A stretch of DNA of 64,000 nt, from the IMG/VR virus record IMGVR_UViG_3300032397_000008, positions 1 to 64,000 of that record; one strand, written 5' to 3'. The first letter of the stretch is position 1, and each line of letters starts with the position of its first letter. A program made the translations under genes and the position numbers. The DNA is from a virus. Under the pieces are notes generated by a model that saw only the letters and a program-made list of their open reading frames with translations, did not search any database and had not been told where the DNA came from. Positions 20,976 to 28,887 of the stretch are shown here, piece by piece.

Positions 20976-22969
20976 ACTTCAAAGCGAAGATCGAACAACT
21001 TCGGGCGGAGATTACCCGGCACGGCCGTCTCTATTACAACCAACAACCCGAAATCAGCGACGCCGATTATGACGTAAAGTTCAAGGAGTTGGGGGATCTT
21101 GAACGTCGGTTTCCTGAGTATGACGATCCGAACTCCCCCACGGCACGAGTTGGCAGTCAGGTAGAGAGCGATTTCTCCCAAGGACGGCACAATCATAAAA
21201 TGTTGTCTTTGGACAATACTTATAGCGCCGAGGAGGTTGCTACCTTCTTTGATCAGGATGATAAGCTCAAGGTGGTTGTGGCCGGAGAACCGAAGTTCGA
21301 TGGGTGTTCCCTGGCACTTCACTATCGGGGTGGTCAGTTGGTACAGGCGATTACCCGAGGAGACGGATCAGTCGGTGAAGACGTGACACGCAGCGCCAGG
21401 ACCATCAGGAGTATTCCGCTTGTTTTGCACCAACCTATTGACTTGGAGGTGCGAGGAGAGGTTGTCATGCAATTTTCGGTCTTCGCGGCATTGAATGCGG
21501 AGCTGGAGAAACAGGGCGAAGATTTGTTTGCCAACCCACGCAACGCCGCCTCGGGCACGCTTAAGCAGAAAGATTCTCGGGTGGTTGCAAAGCGCAACCT
21601 TACGTTTATTGCTTATAGCTTGATCTCCGGTCACGTCCATAGAACTCATGGCGACGCCATCTATAGCTTGCGGGAGATTGGATTCGTCACACCTATGAAC
21701 GTGCCCGCTGTCAATGGACATAAGATTGAGGCGCTGTTTCTAGTTGAGGCGGATGCCATGTCCATCGGTCACGTGATCGAACGTTTCTCTGAATTGCGAG
21801 ACAACTTCGACTTTCCTATCGATGGTGTCGTTTTCAAGATCAACGATATTCAACTTCAGACCGAATTAGGCGATGGAACGCGTGCTCCTAAATGGGCAAC
21901 AGCTTACAAGTATCCGCCGGAGCGTAAGATAACCCAGCTTCTTGATATTGAGGTTAGCGTGGGCCGTCATGGCACGATCACACCGGTTGCAATCCTCGCC
22001 CCAGTTCAACTTTCCGGTGTCACAGTGACCCGTGCAAGTCTGTGCAATCAGAACGAAGTTGATCGTTTGGGGATTGCCATCGGGGACGATGTTTATGTGG
22101 AACGGAGCGCTGACGTTATCCCAAAACTAATGGGTATAGCAAAAAAGAACACGGTGCAAACATGGCATCTGCCAGAGCAGTGTCCTTGCTGCAATACCAG
22201 GCTGTTGCGGGCTCAGGGCATGGTTGCTTACAAGTGTCCGAATCACTATTGCAAGGACCAGATTCGCCAGCGCCTGGAGCATGCATGCAGCAGGTCCGCA
22301 TTGTACATCGACGGTGTTGGACCGGTGTTCATCGCCATGCTGATTCATCAAGGGGTAACCGACCTGTTGGGTCTTATGACGGTCGAGGTTGATGAGACGT
22401 CTGCCGCTAAGCGAAAGTTTGTCAAAGAGCGTAAGAAGGCGTTTCAGGCTCCATTGTGGCGTAAGCTGTATGCTTTGGGGATTGAGGGCGTAGGAAAATC
22501 CAAGTGTCAGGACTTGGTCTCACGGTGGAAATCTTTAGGTGAAATTGTAGACAACTTTGAGGAAGCCGAAACGGTGGTGCTCGGAGAAGTCCACGCTGCT
22601 AGTGTCGCTGATTTCCTACAGGAAAACGTGAGCCTGATCGAAGGATTGGAGAAGGCGGGATTTCATTTTGAGGAGGATAAGCAGAATATCGGACCGTTGT
22701 CGGGTAAGACGTTCGTCATCACGGGAACGCTTATGAGCGGTAAGCGGGATGACGTGATCCGCAAGATCGAGGCGGCCGGCGGCCGGGTTAGCAGTAGCGT
22801 GACGAAGAAGGTACAGTATCTGGTGTGCGGCATAGAGGGCGGTGCCAACAAGGCCGCTGCGGCGCAGAAGCTAGGTACTACAGTCATAAGCGAAGAGCGG
22901 CTTTATGCTCTTCTCGGGGAGGAAATGACACTTGTTAACAATTCTCTGGGAGAAGGCGGAGGATTGTAG
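20972..22969 (+). CDS. ligA: NAD-dependent DNA ligase
   Basis: EPKFDG, TRGDG, NPRNAASG, zinc finger, BRCT. Confidence 0.97.
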   Translation: MNFKAKIEQLRAEITRHGRLYYNQQPEISDADYDVKFKELGDLERRFPEYDDPNSPTARVGSQVESDFSQGRHNHKMLSLDNTYSAEEVATFFDQDDKLKVVVAGEPKFDGCSLALHYRGGQLVQAITRGDGSVGEDVTRSARTIRSIPLVLHQPIDLEVRGEVVMQFSVFAALNAELEKQGEDLFANPRNAASGTLKQKDSRVVAKRNLTFIAYSLISGHVHRTHGDAIYSLREIGFVTPMNVPAVNGHKIEALFLVEADAMSIGHVIERFSELRDNFDFPIDGVVFKINDIQLQTELGDGTRAPKWATAYKYPPERKITQLLDIEVSVGRHGTITPVAILAPVQLSGVTVTRASLCNQNEVDRLGIAIGDDVYVERSADVIPKLMGIAKKNTVQTWHLPEQCPCCNTRLLRAQGMVAYKCPNHYCKDQIRQRLEHACSRSALYIDGVGPVFIAMLIHQGVTDLLGLMTVEVDETSAAKRKFVKERKKAFQAPLWRKLYALGIEGVGKSKCQDLVSRWKSLGEIVDNFEEAETVVLGEVHAASVADFLQENVSLIEGLEKAGFHFEEDKQNIGPLSGKTFVITGTLMSGKRDDVIRKIEAAGGRVSSSVTKKVQYLVCGIEGGANKAAAAQKLGTTVISEERLYALLGEEMTLVNNSLGEGGGL

Positions 22970-23041
22970 ACAATTGACTCATATTCGCTAACGTCTGATT
23001 ATCATATAGTTATGAAGCAAATAATTTCTTGTAACTCGTGC

Positions 23042-23070
23042 TTGACTTCTCGGTTCTATAGGAGTATCGT
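23042..23070 (+). promoter_or_regulatory. Sigma70-like promoter upstream of the leader and tRNA island
   Basis: TTGACT-17 nt-TATCGT. Confidence 0.5.
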
Positions 23071-23109
23071 CAGAATAGTCAGAGGCAAGGTGATTTGGCG
23101 ATAGTTAGA

Positions 23110-23241
23110 ATGGAAATGCGACAACACTGGACAAGTCAGTATAGGTTGGAGACGCTGAAATCAGCGATGATCCCGACCTTTTGTACCCATAAAGGGTTAC
23201 CTGTGGTCGCCGATGCAGAAAGAAAAAGTGTGGTGGGATAG
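23110..23241 (+). CDS. Putative 43-aa attenuator leader peptide
   Basis: MEMRQHWTSQYRLETLKSAMIPTFCTHKGLPVVADAERKSVVG*; the last codons overlap the antiterminator arm. Confidence 0.6.
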   Translation: MEMRQHWTSQYRLETLKSAMIPTFCTHKGLPVVADAERKSVVG

Positions 23242-23262
23242 GCGACCGAAGAAAAAGATTTC

Positions 23263-23294
23263 CCCACCACACCGAAAGGTTTGGTGGGTTTTTT
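23263..23294 (+). terminator. Intrinsic terminator with competing antiterminator
   Basis: CCCACCACACC-GAAA-GGTTTGGTGGG followed by T6; 23228-23237 is perfectly complementary to 23263-23272. Confidence 0.8.
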
Positions 23295-23535
23295 GTTGGT
23301 TGGAGTTAGAAAGTCTCGGGTAGGAAAACCGCCGAGCGGCAGAGACAAAACTGCGACGGTAGAGGCAGAGCGTGAAAGCGCAGAGCCGGTGGCAGATCAG
23401 GGGCAGCCCGTGTGGTCTGACATCACCAACCTTAGGTCAAGCGTATTCAGATGCGCTTCACGATAGAAAGTGCGTTCTTGGGAAGAGAGACGGGTCAGAC
23501 GTTTCTTCGACAGTTTCTCTTCCTTCAATTTTAAT

Positions 23536-23795
23536 GGAAAGGTGGTAGGCTTAGAAGCAGCCAGCCATAAGAGTGACTCGTCCTTCTCTCACGAACCTGT
23601 CAAGAATCAACTTGCCAGATGACCCCGAAGTCCGAATACAAGGGAATCCTTCCAACCTCAGCAATGAGGCCATAGGGCCTTTGCGGAAGGGATGAAAGCG
23701 TGGAGCAGCCCGTCAAGCCGGGCGAGGGCTACCGAGTAAGAAGCGGCGGGATACATGACGGTATTCCGGTCTTTAGCGTAACAGCACGCCTTTCC
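23536..23795 (+). ncRNA. Structured RNA containing 23S rRNA H43/H44 (L11-binding) motifs
   Basis: Closing helix GGAAAGGTG/CGCCTTTCC; GTAGGCTTAGAAGCAGCCA and AGCGTAACAGC. Confidence 0.7.
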
Positions 23796-23817
23796 GTTAT
23801 TTTTAACATTAGTTTTT

Positions 23818-23891
23818 GCGGGTGTGGTTTAATAGTAGAATGTGGCCTTGCCGAGGCTAAGACGAGGGAGCATAACCCTTCACCCGCTCCA
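23818..23891 (+). tRNA. tRNA-Gly(GCC)
   Basis: Cloverleaf, encoded CCA. Confidence 0.9.
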
Positions 23892-23907
23892 TTTTGCGGC
23901 AATTCGT

Positions 23908-23981
23908 GGTGTCATCGTTTAGTGGCAGGACATAACTCTGGCAGAGTTGAGACGGGAGTCCGATTCTCCTTGATTCCACCA
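23908..23981 (+). tRNA. tRNA-Ala(GGC)
   Basis: Cloverleaf, CCA; U3:U70 and G4:U69. Confidence 0.75.
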
Positions 23982-24229
23982 ATTTCTCAACCACCCTATC
24001 TTTTGTACCGATCGTGCATCAGCAGTAAAATGTATACACGTTCTCGTGTATGTGCTGTTAAGATGCGTTGTTTCTTTGACAGTCTATTAGGCGTCCGACA
24101 CGCCTAGCACGGGGTCAACACATCCTCGTCTGGATGGAGTGCTCGTGGAACGCTGCTAAAAGCGGTCAGGATAAACCACTTAGGTGGGCAGCCCTGACAG
24201 TCACTAATCGGTCAGTAAAGGACTTCGGG

Positions 24230-24313
24230 GGGCACGTGGTTCAACCAGAATAGCAGATGGTCCAGCTTCAAAACCTGGCAGCCTTAAAGGTGCAAGTCCT
24301 TTCGTGCCTACCA
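24230..24313 (+). tRNA. tRNA-Leu(CAA)
   Basis: GGGCACG/CGTGCCT, variable arm, CCA. Confidence 0.8.
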
Positions 24314-24340
24314 TTTGTAATTGTTCCACGTGAAGAATCA

Positions 24341-24416
24341 TCAGGTACGTGATGTAAGAGTAGCATCTCAGACTGTGAATCTGACCGTACGGGTGCGAAT
24401 CCCGTCTACCTGACCA
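24341..24416 (+). tRNA. tRNA-His(GTG)
   Basis: TCAGA-CTGTGAA-TCTGA, CCA; no G-1:C73. Confidence 0.85.
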
Positions 24417-24419
24417 TTT

Positions 24420-24670
24420 CAAGCCAAAAAGCCAGAACGCTGGCCATGGTAATCAGCCTGTGGCTAGAGGAAGTTCAAGACTGCTCAACTCGTCGATTGG
24501 GAGGGCATTCGTGCCCGTTATCACCACAAGTCCGCAGCAATCCTAAAGCGCCCCAGCATGTGAGTTGTGCGCTACGAGGGCATGGTTGGAGCAGCGGCTA
24601 TTAGCAAGCCGCCAGGTTCGCCTGAGATAAATGTTCTGGATAACAGAATCTTGGCTACCTTTTTGACTTG
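24420..24670 (+). ncRNA. rnpB: RNase P RNA (compact)
   Basis: P1 CAAGCCAAAAAG/CTTTTTGACTTG, P2 CCAGAAC/GTTCTGG, GAGGAAGTTCAAGA with AACAGAATCTTGGCTA (P4), AGATAAATG. Confidence 0.85.
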
Positions 24671-24675
24671 ATTGT

Positions 24676-24751
24676 GGGGACGTGGCAGACAAGTGATGCA
24701 CCTGGTCCGCAACTAGGTTTAAGCGGGAGCGTTACCCGTCGTTCTCCACCA
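24676..24751 (+). tRNA. tRNA-Ala(CGC)
   Basis: Cloverleaf, G3:U70, CCA. Confidence 0.85.
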
Positions 24752-24758
24752 ATTTCAC

Positions 24759-24833
24759 GGGGGATTAGTGATAGTGCCAGCACAACCGGTTTGCACCCGG
24801 TAAGCAGCGGTCGGATTCCGCTATCCTCCACCA
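24759..24833 (+). tRNA. tRNA-Ala(TGC)
   Basis: Cloverleaf, G3:U70, CCA. Confidence 0.9.
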
Positions 24834-24839
24834 TTTCAC

Positions 24840-24913
24840 GGGTCGGTAGTGTAACAGTAGCACAGCAGCCTCCAAACCTGCTTGTCAGGGTGCAAATCCT
24901 TGCCGACCTGCCA
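24840..24913 (+). tRNA. tRNA-Trp(CCA)
   Basis: Cloverleaf, G73, CCA. Confidence 0.85.
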
Positions 24914-24919
24914 CCTTTC

Positions 24920-24994
24920 CGCCCGTTGGCCGATCCGCAAAGGCGGCGGTTTGCAGAACCGCAGAGGCTGGTGCAACTCCAGCACGGGCGTCCA
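24920..24994 (+). tRNA. tRNA-Cys(GCA)
   Basis: Cloverleaf, U73, CCA. Confidence 0.9.
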
Positions 24995-25016
24995 TTTAGA
25001 ACCACGTAGTTAGGGT

Positions 25017-25652
25017 GTGAGATCACAGGACATCATTGAGGCGATAGTTGGCGATCAACCCGAAATCACCGATTATATCGTAGACATTTCTCGGTGGGCG
25101 GCGCAGACGGAACCCGATGACGAAAACGCTGCTATCGCACTTGCCAACAAGGCGCTGGAAGAATACCGTGTAACGTACGTAACGGGTGACCCTATCGTAT
25201 CTCACGGGGGTAGAGTAGAGGCAGACGGCACTATCAAAATTGCTGTAGACAACGGATTCTACGACTTGGTAAACAGTAAACAGTTTCCAAGTGTGATTCA
25301 GCATGAGTTCGTTCATCAGGAGCAGGTGCGCCACGCTGGCGAAGGCGCTAGTAAGATGGCGGCGAACTCGTACAACCGATGCTTGAACCCTGATGGTTCG
25401 ATTAACATGAAGGAGTACTACTTAATCCCTTACGAGATTATGGCGTATGCTAAATCTGTGGCAGACAGTTTTAAGACGGCGGGTATGAGTAAGGATGAAG
25501 TGTTGAAGATGCTTCGAACGAAAGTGCATCTATGGAAACTTCCATCGGACGTCCAAAAGTTTATTTATCCTTACTATTCCAGGCGCAAGAAGCATCCAGA
25601 CGTGTGGCACAAGTTTCTTCGTTACACGATTGACTATGTTCGGAATTGGTAA
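25017..25652 (+). CDS. Hypothetical protein with HExxH zincin-like motif
   Basis: IQHEFVHQEQ...PYEIMAYA. Confidence 0.7.
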   Translation: MRSQDIIEAIVGDQPEITDYIVDISRWAAQTEPDDENAAIALANKALEEYRVTYVTGDPIVSHGGRVEADGTIKIAVDNGFYDLVNSKQFPSVIQHEFVHQEQVRHAGEGASKMAANSYNRCLNPDGSINMKEYYLIPYEIMAYAKSVADSFKTAGMSKDEVLKMLRTKVHLWKLPSDVQKFIYPYYSRRKKHPDVWHKFLRYTIDYVRNW

Positions 25653-25661
25653 AAATAATGC

Positions 25662-26204
25662 ATGGATGAGACTGTTCAAATCGCTGGGCGTTGGAACTAC
25701 GAGTCATTCCTTGAGCCGATTCAATACGGTGAGACCGAATCTTATCGACTGGCTGCTGCGTGGCTGAACGGTTGTTCTGAAGTTGAGGATTGGGGATGCG
25801 GATGTGCTTTCGCTAAGAGGTTTTTCACTACCCAGTACATAGGCATTGACGGCAGCAAGAGTCTCTGGAATGATAAAGTTGCCGATTTGATGATTTATCG
25901 TAGCAAGACTGAGGGATTACATATACGCCATGTTCTGGAGCACAATTACCTATGGCGTCCGATCTTGCGGAACGCTCTTGACTCTTTTACCAAGCGGATG
26001 GTTCTGACCTTGTTTATCCGGCCGACACCGACGGATATGGATGTTTTTGGAACTGTGCAAAATCACTATTTTCAGGAGGTTCCAAATCGTGGCTTGTGCA
26101 AGAAAGACTTGATGGAAATGATAGGTTCGTTTTTGGTGGAAACTCACGAGCTGGATACCGGAGAGGTGGTTTACTTACTGGAAAAGAAGATCGATGGTAG
26201 TTAA
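25662..26204 (+). CDS. SAM-dependent methyltransferase-like protein
   Basis: VEDWGCG, YIGIDGS, RHVLEHN. Confidence 0.75.
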   Translation: MDETVQIAGRWNYESFLEPIQYGETESYRLAAAWLNGCSEVEDWGCGCAFAKRFFTTQYIGIDGSKSLWNDKVADLMIYRSKTEGLHIRHVLEHNYLWRPILRNALDSFTKRMVLTLFIRPTPTDMDVFGTVQNHYFQEVPNRGLCKKDLMEMIGSFLVETHELDTGEVVYLLEKKIDGS

Positions 26205-26209
26205 GGTGT

Positions 26210-26464
26210 ATGCCAAAATCTCGTGACATCATTGATGCGGTTGTGGAAGGCCATCACTACCCGGTAGAAGATGAGCCGCCGAGGGCGGGATTCACCAGCC
26301 CTGAGGAAGATACGGCATTCTACACTAAGAACCCGTTCCTGGCATATAACAAGGCTTTGGAGTTGGGTCGTCACGATGATCGCTTCTGGAGGGCTATTCG
26401 AGGGTCTGTCTACGAAAAGCCTTATGCCGAACGGTTCTTCCGCAAAAGTCGTCCGGCCGGGTAA
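26210..26464 (+). CDS. Small hypothetical protein
   Basis: GTAGTTA motif upstream; N-terminus similar to that of the 25017 ORF (S.DII.A.V). Confidence 0.6.
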   Translation: MPKSRDIIDAVVEGHHYPVEDEPPRAGFTSPEEDTAFYTKNPFLAYNKALELGRHDDRFWRAIRGSVYEKPYAERFFRKSRPAG

Positions 26465-26472
26465 ATAATTGT

Positions 26473-26558
26473 CCGCCACTAGACCGCTAAAGATACGGGG
26501 CAGGCTGTAAACCTGTCGTCTTCGGGCCAGGAAGGAGCATTACCTTCGTGGCGGACCA
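26473..26558 (+). tRNA. tRNA-Tyr(GTA)
   Basis: Long variable arm, C1:G72, CCA. Confidence 0.85.
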
Positions 26559-26565
26559 TTTTCAC

Positions 26566-26641
26566 GGGACGTTCTTCTAGTAGACCAGGATATTGCTCTG
26601 TCTAAGCAATGACTCGGGTGCGAATCCCGAACGTCTCGCCA
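26566..26641 (+). tRNA. tRNA-Asp(GTC)
   Basis: Cloverleaf, G73, CCA. Confidence 0.9.
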
Positions 26642-26658
26642 TTTTAGTTCTTGTAGGC

Positions 26659-27516
26659 ATGCGACTGTTGGATTATCAGAACGACGTGTTTTCTCAGAAC
26701 GGTGAGGATGGAATCCTTGCTCAGGTTTTTAAGATCATCGGCGTGCGTCATAAACGGTGCATGGAGTTTGGGGCTTGGGACGGATTATACTTATCTAACG
26801 TAGCTCGTCTGTGGGCTGACGAAGGTTGGGAAGCTATCCTCGCCGAAAAAGACAGGTCTAGGTTCGATCAACTGGTCCGCAACACGTCGGACAAACCGGT
26901 CGAGTGTCACAACTTTGCGGTCGAATCGACCGGAGACCACTCCATTGATACTATTTTGAACGGACGGGAACTCGATTTGATAGTGATTGATGTGGATGGA
27001 GACGACTGGCTTCTTTGGAAAAGCATGGTGTGCCGGCCAAGAGTGGCGGTTATCGAGTACAATTGTTCCGTACCGCTGGGAATATCTATGGCCCAAGCCT
27101 CGGGGGAATACTTCGGAGCATCGGCCCAGGTCTTGATCGACATTGGTCGCCGCAAGGGCTATAGCTTGGTTGAGATGAACATTTGTAACTGCTTTTTTGT
27201 GCAGGACGAGTACCTGCCCTTGTTCAATGGATATGAGCTTGATCCGGTCAAGCTGTTCGATCCTCGTTTTTTGGTCTACGCTGTCAGTGCCTTTGACCGG
27301 CGCATGGCTTTGACCAGTAACGAATCGGCTTGGGGAGTCTTTCAGACGTGCACTGTCAATAAAATTCAGTTGGCAATATGTTGTGCCGATCAGGGTGTAG
27401 CTCAATCTAGTAGAGCGCCTGGCCTGGGACCAGGAGGTTGCAGGAGCGAAGCCTGTCACCCTGACCATTTTTACTCAAACGGTCTTGTTTACCGCACAGT
27501 AAACAAGACCATTTGA
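26659..27516 (+). CDS. FkbM-like methyltransferase family protein
   Basis: VFSQNGEDGI, EFGAWDG, IDVDGDD, IEYN; the 3' end runs through tRNA-Pro. Confidence 0.8.
   Translation: MRLLDYQNDVFSQNGEDGILAQVFKIIGVRHKRCMEFGAWDGLYLSNVARLWADEGWEAILAEKDRSRFDQLVRNTSDKPVECHNFAVESTGDHSIDTILNGRELDLIVIDVDGDDWLLWKSMVCRPRVAVIEYNCSVPLGISMAQASGEYFGASAQVLIDIGRRKGYSLVEMNICNCFFVQDEYLPLFNGYELDPVKLFDPRFLVYAVSAFDRRMALTSNESAWGVFQTCTVNKIQLAICCADQGVAQSSRAPGLGPGGCRSEACHPDHFYSNGLVYRTVNKTI
27391..27467 (+). tRNA. tRNA-Pro(TGG)
   Basis: Cloverleaf, CCA. Confidence 0.9.
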
Positions 27517-27521
27517 GTAAA
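27470..27521. repeat. 23-bp inverted repeat (one mismatch) between two tRNA-Pro genes
   Basis: TTTACTCAAACGGTCTTGTTTAC-CGCACA-GTAAACAAGACCATTTGAGTAAA. Confidence 0.9.
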
Positions 27522-27523
27522 CT

Positions 27524-27599
27524 CCGGGTGTAGTGTAGCAGTCAACATGCTTGTTTCGGGAACAAGTGATCGTGGATGCAAATTCCACCACCCGGACCA
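27524..27599 (+). tRNA. tRNA-Pro(CGG)
   Basis: Cloverleaf, CCA. Confidence 0.9.
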
Positions 27600-27604
27600 A
27601 TTTT

Positions 27605-27779
27605 GAGTCGCCTGGTGCTCCGACAAGGAGATCGCCAGTTAGGGAGAGCATGCTCGTGTCGGCAGGAGTGCCTCCCAAATTCCGCCTGCTCACGTGCCAC
27701 GAGTCTGGCTTGTCAGGATCGCTGCGGCACCCAAATGGCATGTCGTAACAGCGTAGTAGCGCACGTCGCCAGGTGACTC
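27605..27779 (+). ncRNA. Unassigned structured RNA (~175 nt)
   Basis: Terminal helix GAGTCGCCTGGTG/CGCCAGGTGACTC plus nested stems. Confidence 0.55.
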
Positions 27780-27813
27780 AATTACTTGTTATGCTTTCCG
27801 TTCTTACAGGCGT

Positions 27814-28155
27814 ATGTTAAAAGCAGTATGCAGCCGGTGTGGGCATGTTTGGGATGTGCCATTGGAAGCAGTACGATCGGGGGCGGGTGTAATTTTTCCG
27901 GGACATCCTCATTTTCAAACCTGGGCCGCAGATATGGAATGTGCTCGATGTGGCATAGCGTGCCCTCATGTGTTAACCAAAGATGGACGCCCTTACAGGG
28001 AATCCGGGGATAAACAACGCATGTTAGAGAAGGCGGCGCAAGAGCCTGATCATTTTCTTATGGCATGTTTTACGGAAGGATACGAATCAATTTTATTGCC
28101 AGATAGCACAATAGAAATGCAGGCGGCTCTGACCATTTTGACGGGTCGTCGCTGA
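27814..28155 (+). CDS. Zinc-ribbon hypothetical protein
   Basis: CSRCGH...CARCG. Confidence 0.65.
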   Translation: MLKAVCSRCGHVWDVPLEAVRSGAGVIFPGHPHFQTWAADMECARCGIACPHVLTKDGRPYRESGDKQRMLEKAAQEPDHFLMACFTEGYESILLPDSTIEMQAALTILTGRR

Positions 28156-28188
28156 GGGTTATCTAAAATGTATACCCTCTGCACCAAC

Positions 28189-28674
28189 TTATCCGTCATA
28201 TTTTCTAATTCCTATCTCATATTCAACGTGATGGGTTGGACATAAGACATCTAAGTTTTGCATCACATTGTTATTACGATTTTTATCTCTATGATGAACT
28301 TCAAGAACAGAACTGATAGAATACCCGCATATGGTGCATTTTTCTCCATACTGCTCTAGTGCTCGTTTTCGATAGCTAGATATCCCTGATTTGTAATATG
28401 GGTGATTTATTCCTCGTATAAGCCGTCCTCTGAATGTATTGGCACACTGTTTTGAACAGAAGTGTTTTTCTGCTCGGTTAAACTTTGATTGTTGTTTGGA
28501 TATTTCTTTTCTGCATTCATCGCAGTTAAGCATAACCTGCTTTTTATGCGCCGCATCACTACATTTTCTCGAACAGTAGGGTAGCGTACCATGACACCTA
28601 TTTGCAGAGACCCATTTGGTAGGTCTTTGAAATTCATTTTTACACCTGGTGCATATTAGCACCATAGTTCGCAT
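28189..28674 (-). CDS. HNH homing endonuclease
   Basis: CTICG, EVHHRD...NLDVLCPTHH; AT-rich; antisense to the array. Confidence 0.9.
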   Translation of the reverse strand: MRTMVLICTRCKNEFQRPTKWVSANRCHGTLPYCSRKCSDAAHKKQVMLNCDECRKEISKQQSKFNRAEKHFCSKQCANTFRGRLIRGINHPYYKSGISSYRKRALEQYGEKCTICGYSISSVLEVHHRDKNRNNNVMQNLDVLCPTHHVEYEIGIRKYDG

Positions 28675-28727
28675 ATTCTAACTACGACTGCCATCTGTGG
28701 ATTTGACAAAGTCAGTGCAAGCAGTCT

Positions 28728-28801
28728 TGCTGGGTAGTGTAATAGTAGCACGAGGGTCTCTGAAACCCTTTGAATGGGTGCGAATCCTGTCCCAGCAGCC
28801 A
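28728..28801 (+). tRNA. tRNA-Gln(CTG)
   Basis: Cloverleaf, CCA. Confidence 0.9.
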
Positions 28802-28808
28802 ATTTCAC

Positions 28809-28883
28809 TGCTGAGTGTTGAAATAGTATCTTCCCGTCCTGTTAAGACGTGGGTTCCTGGTGCGAATCCAGGCTCAGCAGCCA
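28809..28883 (+). tRNA. tRNA-Asn(GTT)
   Basis: Cloverleaf, CCA. Confidence 0.85.
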
Positions 28884-28887
28884 CTTT

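Noticed and set aside
23012-23104. 30-codon ORF upstream of the leader
   Set aside because: It overlaps the promoter-like sequence and has no link to the RNA switch, so it cannot be supported as a gene
23536-23795. A true 23S rRNA gene fragment or a group I intron
   Set aside because: rRNA similarity is limited to two short motifs, and I could not find group I P7/core elements
24230-24313. Opal suppressor or Sec tRNA (TCA reading)
   Set aside because: The anticodon stem pairs only with CAA centred, and the body resembles the other Leu tRNAs
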